A DNA stretch of 64,000 nt, taken from Octopus sinensis (lineage: Eukaryota). The notes beneath the pieces were generated by a model. It made no database searches and had not been told where the DNA came from. It saw only the letters and a list, made by a program, of their open reading frames with translations. The stretch is taken from assembly GCF_006345805.1 (NCBI RefSeq), contig NW_021833446.1, positions 1 through 64,000 of the forward strand, written 5' to 3'. Positions 25,791 to 36,676 of the stretch are shown here, in pieces (position 1 is the stretch's first letter; each line of letters opens with the position of its first letter). The position numbers were made by a program, and so were the translations under genes.

Positions 25791-25870
25791 ATATATATAC
25801 ACAGGTGAGCATACAAGTGCAAAGTAAGGTGGAAAATAATACTCGAATACCAAAAGGTAGCGTAATATGG

Positions 25871-26017
25871 TTTTATTAAAGCTGCAGCATTATCACAAGA
25901 ATGTTACTCGGAGTTTCCCGTTCGCGTTCGTCGGAGAGTTGTGATGAAAACACAACTATCTGACGAACGTGAAACTCTGAGTAATAGTTCTGTGATAATT
26001 TTGTAGCTTTAATAAAA
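25871..26017. mobile_element. Second fold-back with divergent hammerhead-type arms
   Basis: ttttattaaagct (25871) pairs with agctttaataaaa (to 26017); inner agttgtg/cacaact around a 7 nt spacer. Confidence 0.75.
25954..25989 (+). ncRNA. Ultra-minimal type I hammerhead
   Basis: aactat-CTGACGA-acgt-GAAA-CTCTGAG-TA-atagtt. Stem I 6 bp, stem II reduced to acgt, triplet GUA. Confidence 0.65.
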
Positions 26018-26236
26018 AATCTCTATATATACATTTGCTTATTATAGTATTACAATCCAGTAAGTAGTTGTTATATCTATGTGAGGTGGAGATAAGAGTA
26101 GAAACATCTGGAAGTATTGTTTGCAGAGATATTTCATTGCAAGGATGCAAGTTGGAAAAGATTTTGGTATTATTTATTATTAATTATTAATGATGAATGA
26201 TTAATACCAAAACCTTTCCAGCTTCCTGTTTTGTTA

Positions 26237-26314
<78 letters not shown>

Positions 26315-26455
26315 ATATATATCTGCGAGCGTCAAATCAATACACCTACTTGTTGTTTACACATCCGTCTTCGTCTTTTGTTTTTCTGTAAATTTCAACT
26401 ATACATACATACATACATACATATGCATACACACATACATACATACATACATACA

Positions 26456-26486
<31 letters not shown>

Positions 26487-26506
26487 TTATATATATATAT
26501 ATGCAC

Positions 26507-27150
26507 ACAGTGTGCGGTGAATAAGCAGTCGTCTAAATTATGTAAAAGTGAAAATAACACCGACATCTCATTTTAACAGATTTATTTACAAAAATTACGT
26601 TAAAATATCTTGAAATACTAAAGTGTAAATTTATTCATTAAAATCGCCATTGGCTTCAACCACAGCCTCCAGACGACTTTGGAATCTCCTGCAACTCTTC
26701 TGGACAGTCTCCTTGTTTAAGTTGGTGAATGCTGCCATAATCCTTGTTTTCAGTTTATCTTTGGTGCTACAAGGAGTTTTGTTGGTCTCTCGCTCAACTT
26801 TACTCTACACATAATAATCAAGGGAGTTGTAGTGTGGGGAGTTAGGTGGCCAAATGTTGGGGGTGATGTGTTCGCAGAAATTGTCTGACAGCCCCGACTG
26901 AATTCTCCTGCTTGTGTGGCATGGTGCAGAGTCCTGTTGCCATCCTCTTGACCCAGGGCAGCACTACCTCCTCCAGGCAATTGATATAGGCCTACGTGTT
27001 GAGTGTGAGGCTGTATGGGAAGACGAATGGAGGCATAATATTGCCATCACTGGTGATCACTCCGAATAAGATGATGTTGACTGGATGTTTGATTTTTATC
27101 AGTGTCGGTATATGTCCTCAGATTGCCCTGTCCTCAGATTGACACCCAAA
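26507..27150 (-). mobile_element. Tc1/mariner transposase relic, maT/DD37D-like, C-terminal half
   Basis: Minus strand: KHPVNIILFGVITSDGNIMPPFVFP...CLEEVVLPWVKR / WQQDSAPCHTS...WPPNSP...SRLEAVVEANGDF; deletion before WQQD and in-frame stops. Confidence 0.85.
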
Positions 27151-27491
27151 CACTCTGAAATGCTTGTATTGGAGCTTCGAATGTCCAGCAGTACAAATGT
27201 CGTTTCCAAATTTCTGGCTGAGTGAACTGCGTCATGGTGCTACTTTTCTCACAGACGGTGCCCAACTATCCCTAAATACTGCGTAGGTGACAAAATCAAA
27301 AACATACAATACGCATATGCGAAATTAAAAATATAAAATAGCAACAATTTACCGATCGCACTCTGTGTATCTATGTATGGATGTACACACACAGAAACAT
27401 ACATACATACATACATACATATATACATACATATATACATACATACATATATATCTGTCTATGTATGTATGTATGTATGTATGTATGTATG

Positions 27492-27524
<33 letters not shown>

Positions 27525-27841
27525 GTGTATGTGTGTGTGTGTGTGTGCATACATACATATTTCAAATTTACAGAAATCAAAAGACTAGGAACAACAAGCA
27601 GATGTATGAGTTTAACGCTCGGGAAGAATGGAAAAGTCTTTTACGTTTCGTGCCTATGCCCGTCGACAAAAAGGATTAAGAGAAAACTATGCATATATAT
27701 TTGGGTGTTCAAAACATTTGATATCGTTTCACAATCTATTAACTTTGCCTGTTCTTGCTCAAATGATTTCAAATTATCACAGCATGTGTAGAAATAGGTC
27801 AACATTTTATGTTTGATATGTTTATCTTTTCAGGTATAGAA

Positions 27842-28035
27842 ATGGCATTCACTGGAAGAGAAAAGGCGTTTTGGTGTGCTGGAGTATGCTCGGACACAGT
27901 CGAACAAGACTCTGCAGCGTGTATTTGTGAGAGAGTTCTTTATAAAGTCACCAACGGCAATGCAGATTTGGACATGACAAAACATTCGAAGACGAAGCGC
28001 AGTCTGTGCAGGGCAAAAGGAACAAGACCAGCTGT
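27842..28035 (+). pseudogene. Tc1/mariner transposase N-terminal HTH relic
   Basis: MAFTGREKAF / CVLEYARTQSNKTLQRVFVREF...SPTAMQIWT* with one frameshift. Confidence 0.6.
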
Positions 28036-28059
28036 TTAAAGGAGGAGCTAAGCTGATGA

Positions 28060-28210
28060 GGTCGAACCCCAGGGCTTATATGGTGCTTCTTTTATCGGCC
28101 TGGATAGAATAAAATACAATGTGGATCTCGGCGGGATTTGAACTCAGAACGCAAAGACATGAAATGCGAATAAGCATTTCGCCTGGCGTGCTAACGATTC
28201 CGCCAAACCC
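28060..28210 (-). mobile_element. SINE family B (degraded)
   Basis: ctcggcgggatttgaactcagaacg...gcgtgctaacgattc. Confidence 0.7.
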
Positions 28211-28491
28211 ACAGTCTATGCTATATAAATAATGATAGTTAACTCCCATTGACGGTTCGAACTAAGCACCTTACATTTTCATGGTAACTGTAAAACCGCC
28301 CCAGACTTCGTTCACTTTGAATTAATCTTTTATCTTCTAAATTCTTTTGAACATTCTACTTATCGGAAATTCAACCAACACAATACATTATATCTTTTTT
28401 TGATCTCAAGTTGTGTTTGGCATACATACCACACACAGAAACACACACATACATACACACAAACATATGCATATTATATAAATATAAATAT

Positions 28492-28539
<48 letters not shown>

Positions 28540-28699
28540 ATATACATATATATATCCATATATACATATACATACACATACACATAAGCATACACACACA
28601 CCTAACACACACATGACACACATACATATGTATGTATATGAATGCGTGTATGGGCATATATACATATGTATATGTATATATATATATATTATAATATAT

Positions 28700-28764
<65 letters not shown>

Positions 28765-28799
28765 TATTATATATAAGCATATAAATAATATATATATAT

Positions 28800-28853
<54 letters not shown>

Positions 28854-28883
28854 TATATATATATAAGTATATATATATAATAT

Positions 28884-28932
<49 letters not shown>

Positions 28933-28953
28933 TATTATATATATGTAAGTAAT

Positions 28954-29005
28954 TATTGGACCTTTGGGTTTCGTGTTATCTCCAACAATCATCAGTAAGG
29001 CAATA
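28954..29005 (-). ncRNA. Hammerhead-like motif with displaced stem I
   Basis: Minus strand: tattg-cctta-CTGATGA-t-tgtt-ggagat-aaca-c-GAAA-CC-CAAA-G-GTC-caata. Confidence 0.45.
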
Positions 29006-29530
29006 TATAATCTTTCGTATTAAAATGACTTCCAGGTAAATACACGCGACCTCATTAACGATTACACCATGTTAAGTATATACTGTAGATATTCTCTCGC
29101 TCCTACAAAACTATGTGTGAATATCCTGCAGTTTTCTTAACCAAACTTTTAAACAATGTAGGTTTTTGAAAAGAGTATTTCTCAGACATATTCTACCTGC
29201 AGAACAATGGAAGTACAAAACGACTGATAATCTTTTAGGAACGACTAAAATAGAAATGTATCAGATTTTAGTTTTAGTGTTTATCACGAGGAGAGTCTTG
29301 ATTCTGAATGTAAGAATATGAATAAATTATGAAGAACTTTACATATAAATAAGACATTTTGTACGTGGAGAGACAAAAACCCATCTGTCATGACTTCGTC
29401 TGTCTCTCTCGCTCTGTCTGTCTGTCTGTCACTGTCTCTCTCCCCATATATGCATATTTGTATGCACACACGCACACACACACACACATATACATACACA
29501 CATGCATATATATCTATATATCTATATATT

Positions 29531-29582
<52 letters not shown>

Positions 29583-29583
<1 letters not shown>

Positions 29584-29980
29584 TAGCAGTATCGCACGGC
29601 GTTGCTCGGGTTTGTAAGGAAATAACTATATAAGCATTTTTAAAGATGTAAAGTATAATAGCCATCTCAATATGGCTAACCACAAAGGGGGGGGGGTGTT
29701 ACTGTAGCTTTTTACGTTCTGAGATTTAATAATAACTTTTTAGAGAGTTACTTCCCTTATATATGCAAAAAATGCATTAAAAATGGGAAAAATTGATGGT
29801 AATTTTTTTTTAAAATCGTAGGCTCATCGTAGATGCGCGCTAATACCCAGAAGGGCTCGATATGAATCACGACTATAAGATACCCGGTTTTGGTTAAACT
29901 GCACCGCAAAATGTGGGAGTAGTTAGGAATCTAAATCGTAGGAGACAGACAGCACACAACCTCACTTTTATATATAAAGA
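29583..29980 (-). mobile_element. Non-autonomous Helitron-like element, full length
   Basis: Minus strand starts A|TC and ends hairpin+CTAG|T; homologous to 58653-59024. Confidence 0.8.
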
Positions 29981-29989
29981 TATATATAT

Positions 29990-30027
<38 letters not shown>

Positions 30028-30059
30028 ATCAAAATAAGCAACAAGGATATCCAGAGGTA

Positions 30060-30149
30060 ATGAAGTACGATCGTTTCATGCGACTCTATTTAGTTGAACA
30101 ATGCAAATATTACATCAATTTTAAAATGTAGACCAATCTTCAGCTTCAT
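30060..30149 (-). ncRNA. Type I hammerhead motif with long stem II insert
   Basis: Minus strand: atgaag-CTGAAGA-(59 nt)-GAAA-C-GATC-GTA-cttcat. Stem I is a perfect 6 bp; the base of stem II is weak. Confidence 0.65.
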
Positions 30150-30932
30150 AAAAATATAGAATTTAGTTAAATTCGAAGGATTCATTTGTATAGTTTTCTT
30201 ATTCAAAATCACAAAGAAGATAAATAGATAGACAAAGGATGTGGTTGATGAAACATGTTCTTTGTCTATCCACTTATCCTCCTTGAATTATATGGATAAT
30301 ACCATACTAAATTCTAGTGCCTTTAACTTAAGTACCATATTCAACTGAATCTAAATTTTACTGAACTTTTTTTTACACAACCTGATGACGATTTTCAAAA
30401 CGGCATGTCCTCGTATTTATTTGGATTTCTGTAGAATGGTTTTTATAGCCATTCAAAGGTACGTGAACCAAGGCAAACTAATTATAAAGAGTCACCAGCC
30501 GAAGCACAACAGTCTGAGTATCATGTAAAAAGAATGTTATCTTTCTATTTGTGGGTTAATGAGGCACATCTTTGTACACAATTTCATGATTCTGCATTAC
30601 TTCGAAACGAGAAGACACATTTAAATGATTGTTTTGGCAAAAACTGTTGATCATCAGCTTAGCTATTATAAAGAATTATGGTTTTATAATGGCCATTATC
30701 ACTGAATCGACTTTCATTTTCCATGTGTGTGTGTGTATGTGTGTGTGTGTGTGTGTGTGTTTGTGTGCATGTGTGTGTGCGTGTGTGATAAAGTAATGAA
30801 GAAAGGCCAACAATTAGGCAAGGTAGGACACGAACTTGTAATTGAATTTAATAAAATTTAAATTTAGCTCGATAACGAATAGTACAAATAGTGAAAAGTA
30901 GTCTTTACAGCTGTTTTGAGTTATCTCAGCAC

Positions 30933-30988
<56 letters not shown>

Positions 30989-30999
30989 GCTGAGATATA

Positions 31000-31391
31000 T
31001 GGCTGTGTGGTAAGTAGCTTGTTTACCAACCACATGATTTCTTGTTCAGTCCCACCGCGTGGCACCTTAGGCAAGTGTTTTCTACTATAGCCTCCGGCTG
31101 ACCAAAGCTTTGTGAGTGGATTTGGTAGACGGAAAATGAAAGAAGCCCGTCGTATATATATGTATATATAAGTGTGTGCGTATGTTTGTGTGTCTTTGTT
31201 TGTCCCCCCAACATCGCTTGACAACCGACGCTGGTGTGTTTGCGTCGCTGTAACTTAGCGGTTCGGCAAAATAGACCGATAGAATAAGTAGTAGACTTAA
31301 AAAAAGTCCTGGGGTCGATTTGCTCGACTGAAAGCGGTGCTCCAGCATGGCCGCAATCAGATGACTGAAACAAGTAAAAGAGTATAAAAGA

Positions 31392-31393
<2 letters not shown>
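31000..31393 (+). mobile_element. SINE family A, full length
   Basis: tRNA-like head ggctgtgtggtaag...gttcagtcccacc, gcaccttaggcaagtg box, internal (TA)/(TG), aaagagt tail. Confidence 0.9.
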
Positions 31394-31431
<38 letters not shown>

Positions 31432-31784
31432 GCACATGATGTTGATGATGATAACGACGACTCTGATAGTATTTTAACGATACTGTGATAGAAGAAGCAA
31501 GTAGAGTTTTTGATTTATCTTCCCAAATATCTCGTCAATCCAACAGTACGTGTTCGTTTAGGTTTACTCGTCGTTCTCCTATGACACTGGCGCAATTGAA
31601 AACAGCTGCCGTCTGAACGGAATTCAGTGGAAAAGATGACCAATTCAACGTCTTGGCCTTTTACAGTTTCTGTATTTCCTACAGATTAATATCTAAAATC
31701 TTGTTAAACTAACAGCCAATCATTAAGCTTGAGAGATATAAAGGACATTAAGAAAACAACATTTTCTCAACACTGTAACGTAAT

Positions 31785-31846
<62 letters not shown>

Positions 31847-31889
31847 TAATAATAATAATCATCATCATCATCATCATCATCATCGTCAT

Positions 31890-32100
31890 CCTTTCTACTA
31901 AAAGTACAAGGCCTGCAATTTGGTGGGGAGGGGAAGGAAATTAGTTGATTACATCGGCCCCAGTGTTTCACTGGTACATAATTTATCGGTTCCGAAAGAA
32001 CGAAAGGCAATGTCGACCTCGGCGGAATTTGAACTCGCAACGCGAAGGTCGACGAAATACCGCTAAGCATTTTACTCGGCGATTCTGCCAGCTCACCGCA
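31890..32100 (-). mobile_element. SINE family B, tail B1 ending in (ATT)n
   Basis: cctttctactaaaagtacaaggcctg...gtcgacctcggcggaatttgaactc...ctgccagctc. Confidence 0.85.
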
Positions 32101-32112
32101 TTATTATTATTA

Positions 32113-32150
<38 letters not shown>

Positions 32151-32632
32151 TATTATTATTATTAATAATAATAATGATAATAATAATAATAATAACAACA
32201 ACAACAACGTCAACATTAATAATGATAAAAAGGCACATGTGTCTACGCACGTAGGTAACCATTGTCTATACACACGCAGATGAGGGTCGATTCATGTGAA
32301 AAAGAAAGTGAACGAAATAGTATGACCACTTGCGTATCGGGAAATTTGTAAGTTGTTTTTTTTTTTTAAATTTCTGTTTGTTTTTTAAAGATAAACAAAC
32401 CAAACTTTCATCATTTCGAACCATTCACGCAATGAGTTTTACTGCCAAATTTGGTGAAAATCCTTTCAGGCGTTTTCCAGTCATTTTGCAAACACAAAAA
32501 AAAAATACAGAAAAAGACAAGAGATCACAATACACTGCTTTTACTTATGCGCGCATGGAAACAGTAATAATGATATTGATGATGATGATGATGATGACGA
32601 TAATAGTAATAATAATAATAATAATAATAATG

Positions 32633-32672
<40 letters not shown>

Positions 32673-33094
32673 ACAGAATGTATAAATACTTAAAGAACCT
32701 ACATTACTAATTACAAATTACTAAAAAAAAACAGTTTCTCTTCTCGAAACCTTTCATCGCCAAAGCATTAGCAATGCACCACCACCACCACCACCACCAC
32801 CACCACCACCACCACCACAGCCGCCACCACTGCAGTCAAAACATTTAATAATATCATCATCAACAACGATAACATAAACAAAATATAACCGTCGCCCCGC
32901 CGCCACGAAAAATCAGCTGATTCAATAAATGAATAAAGATAAGGGGAGATAAACTCTCCCCAAATTACCGCTAACTGGATAAGACTGCTTTCAATTTGCA
33001 ATTTTTTTAATTATGATCATTGTTACTGCTACTATTTTTCATGTCATTGCTGTTATTATTATTATTATTATATTATTATTATTATTATTATTAC

Positions 33095-33155
<61 letters not shown>

Positions 33156-33163
33156 GTTATTAC

Positions 33164-33645
33164 TTTTTTTTCTTCTTTCAAATTTGCTTCCATTTCTTGC
33201 CGAGTGTCTTCCCGACTCCTAGGGCAAAGAAACTCATAGTATACATTGGTAGGCCATTAAACCAAACTCAATAGTTCGTTAATTTTTTTTTTCTTTTTTT
33301 TTTAAGTTAAATTAAAATACATGAGCAGCAACAGTTCTCACATCGACAATGCTCTTCTCAATACGTGTGATGTACCAGTTAAGACAATCTTTTGCACTTC
33401 TTGCAGGGATGGTAAGCCAGGGATCATTCTCATATAATTTTCGGTTCCCTTCTTGATCATTGCTAGTGCTCCTACGATCACTGGTATTGTAACCGCCTTG
33501 AGATGCCATATTTTCTCAATTTCAATGAGTAGGTCTTTATATTTTCTGAGCTTGTCAAACTCTTTCGCTGAGATATTATGATCACAGGGGTTGCTCATGT
33601 CGATCAATAAGCAAACTTTATTGTTTTGGTCTTTCACAACAATAT
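33164..33645 (-). mobile_element. R4/Dong-type non-LTR retrotransposon 3' fragment (REL endonuclease) inside (TAA)n
   Basis: IVVKDQNNKVCLLIDMS.PCDHNISAKEFDKLRKYKDL...W...IPVIVGAL (33338-33645) is a PD-(D/E)xK REL motif; 3' UTR with A8 then (TAA)n; (TAA)n also at the 5' junction. Confidence 0.85.
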
Positions 33646-33669
33646 TATTATTAATATTATTATTATTAA

Positions 33670-33747
<78 letters not shown>

Positions 33748-33920
33748 TTGCTCGTTCAATATTCTCCTTAATTTACTCGAATTTATTCCACAGTAATTAG
33801 TAAACCGTTTCTATTAATGACTTTTTATGTTTTTGCAATTGTCATTAGTTGCAGCCTCTTTCCTTCTTCCTCTCCTCAGTTTTTCTCTCCTCTCTCATTC
33901 TTTGTTTCCTTTTCTTTTTC

Positions 33921-34160
33921 GTTTTTACTTGTTCCAGTCATTAGACTGTGGCCATGCTGGGGCAGCGCCTTCAAGAAATTTTAGGCCCAATGAATCGACA
34001 ACAATATTTATGTTTTCTAAAGCCTGGTACATATTCTACTAGTGTCTGTTGCTGAATTGCTAAGTTACAGGGACGTAAACATACCAACACCGGTTGTCTA
34101 AGTAGTGGTGGGGAAAACTCAGACACAAAGACTCACACACTGATATATATATATATATGT
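33921..34160 (-). mobile_element. SINE family A, 3' half
   Basis: tttacttgttccagtcattagactgtggccatgctgggg...caacaccggttgtc. Confidence 0.8.
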
Positions 34161-34173
34161 ACGTGTGTGTGAA

Positions 34174-34400
34174 GACGCCTGGCCTGGTGGTTAGGCTGTT
34201 GCACTCATGACTGCTAGATCGTGGGTTCGATTCCTTGACAGGGCGGAACGTTGTGTTCTTGAACAAAACACTTCATTTCAAATTGCTCCAGTCACCCTTT
34301 CGATCAGCGGAGTATGTTGGCCTGCTAGCCTAACCAACGCATTGTAATCAGCGATGTGTAACAACATCTGTTTGCCTGGTCGGTCACGTGATCCCGTGAC
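34174..34400 (+). mobile_element. SINE family C with tail type 2
   Basis: tggcctggtggttagg...gggttcgattcc head; gtgttcttgaacaaaacactt box; tail ...cagcgatgtgtaacaacatctg...ggtcggtcacg. Confidence 0.8.
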
Positions 34401-34677
34401 GTGATACATACACACATGTATACACACACACACATAGGTTAGTAGAGTTAGAGGTTGGAATAACCGTTTAAAGGATAAAAATATCAGTTATACTACCGGT
34501 ATAATTACCTATGTTAACTCTGAGCATACATATGTAAGCATATTATGCTCACAGATTACAGGTAATGACATGAGTTTATCAGGAATCAAATTTAAATTGA
34601 GCAGAAAATGGAGAAAAACAACAATTGACTAATATCAATTATTACTTTTGAATTCATTACAAATAGACTGCATCCCA

Positions 34678-34794
34678 TCTAACAGCTGTTTCTGCTTCCA
34701 ATGTTTATATGGCGTTGCCATTGAAAATTCTAAAAATAATATTCATCATATTTGGTAATGTATCCAATCTGGAACATGAAGCTTCATCAGAGTG
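34678..34794 (-). ncRNA. Hammerhead-like motif with long stem II and weak stem I
   Basis: Minus strand: act-CTGATGA-a-gcttcatgtt...aacattggaagc-a-GAAA-C-AGCT-GTT-aga; stem I only 2 bp. Confidence 0.45.
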
Positions 34795-34977
34795 ACGAAA
34801 AATGCATAAAAGAAAAGCCTCGGAGGAAGATGAAAGGCTTAATATATTTAAATCATACCATTTTGCTTATGTGTCGAGGCTGTAGTAGAAGACACTTTGC
34901 CCGAAGTACCACGCAGTGAGACTGAACCTAGAACCGTGTAGTTGGAAAGCAAGCGTCTTAGAACGCCCCCCACCTCT

Positions 34978-35017
<40 letters not shown>

Positions 35018-35299
35018 TCCTTCCTTCTTTCTTTCATTTTCTTTCTTACGTTGGCTATCACTTTGTTGTTATTTAGCTCCAGGCAACGCTAATGATGATG
35101 ATGATATTCATGATGATGTTAATGATGATGTTGAAGTGGTGATGACGATGATGATGATAACGATGAAAATGATGATGACGATGATGATGCTGATGCTGAT
35201 AGTGGTAGAAGTGCTGTTCTATGGGATAACCATAAAGCAACGGTGGTGATTAAGATGGAGCGTGGTGCATGCCTTACAATTTCATTGTTCGCGAGTGTT

Positions 35300-35335
<36 letters not shown>

Positions 35336-35808
35336 TGTGTGTGAGTGTATGAATAAGAGTGTAAGTTTGAGTGTGTGTATGTGTGTGTGTTTACAGTTTC
35401 TGATGTATATATACATATCTATTTATATATATATGTATATGTATATATACGAGTGGTGTGTATTGTTTATGTTAAATCGTTTGTAGGTTTTACGTGTTGT
35501 GTGATCTGTGACATGCATTTTATGAATTTGTGTGTGTGTGTGTGTATGAGTTGTGTGTTGCGTGTGTGTGTATATGCTTATGCTATGTGTGTTATGTGTG
35601 TGTACATGCGTGTGGTTGTATATATGGTGAAGTCAGCGTTGATTGATTAGCAGTCATTGCCTGGGTTCCAAGATACGATAAATTTGTTGACATTTCCAAA
35701 TTAGGGATCAATCAAATTCCAATGATCTATTGTCTGCCTCTCTGCTTTTCTGTATGTCTGTCTGCCTATCTGCCTCTAACTTTGTTTATCCATCAACATG
35801 CTGATCCA

Positions 35809-36262
<454 letters not shown>

Positions 36263-36626
36263 GCAACCAAAGCAGGGAGATACCTGAACCATGAAAGCTC
36301 CATACACGACCAAACAAGCACCAACACCACAAAAACACACACAATGCTATCAGCGATAGACACAAAAGACTCCAAACTAATGGAGTACATCACAGGCTAC
36401 ACAAACATCTGTGAAGATGACTTCAAAACTAACAACCATCCACGCACTACACCACCCAAACATATCAAAATACTACACATCACACAAACACAACACCACA
36501 AACTCAAAGCCCTCTCCCAAATGCTGTAGGGGTTTCCAAAAATATCTGTCCCAAAAACTTTATAGAAACCTCCTCGAAGACACATCAAAGAACGAGGAAG
36601 CCAAAACTTTCGACACAAGTAAGTAA
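36263..36626 (+). pseudogene. Putative ORF1 C-terminal remnant of the Tx1 element
   Basis: Open frames (ATKAGRYL...KALSQML*; ...CRGFQKYL...FDTSK*) directly upstream of ORF2; assigned by position only, no recognised motif. Confidence 0.4.
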
Positions 36627-36676
36627 CCCTCTGTACTTTCCTTTTTGTGTTTCAAAGCACACACCCCAATAGAATC

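Noticed and set aside
30228-30269. Hairpin atagacaaag/ctttgtctat enclosing GAAACATGTT
   Set aside because: The CUGANGA core and stem II are absent; too little remains to call a ribozyme.
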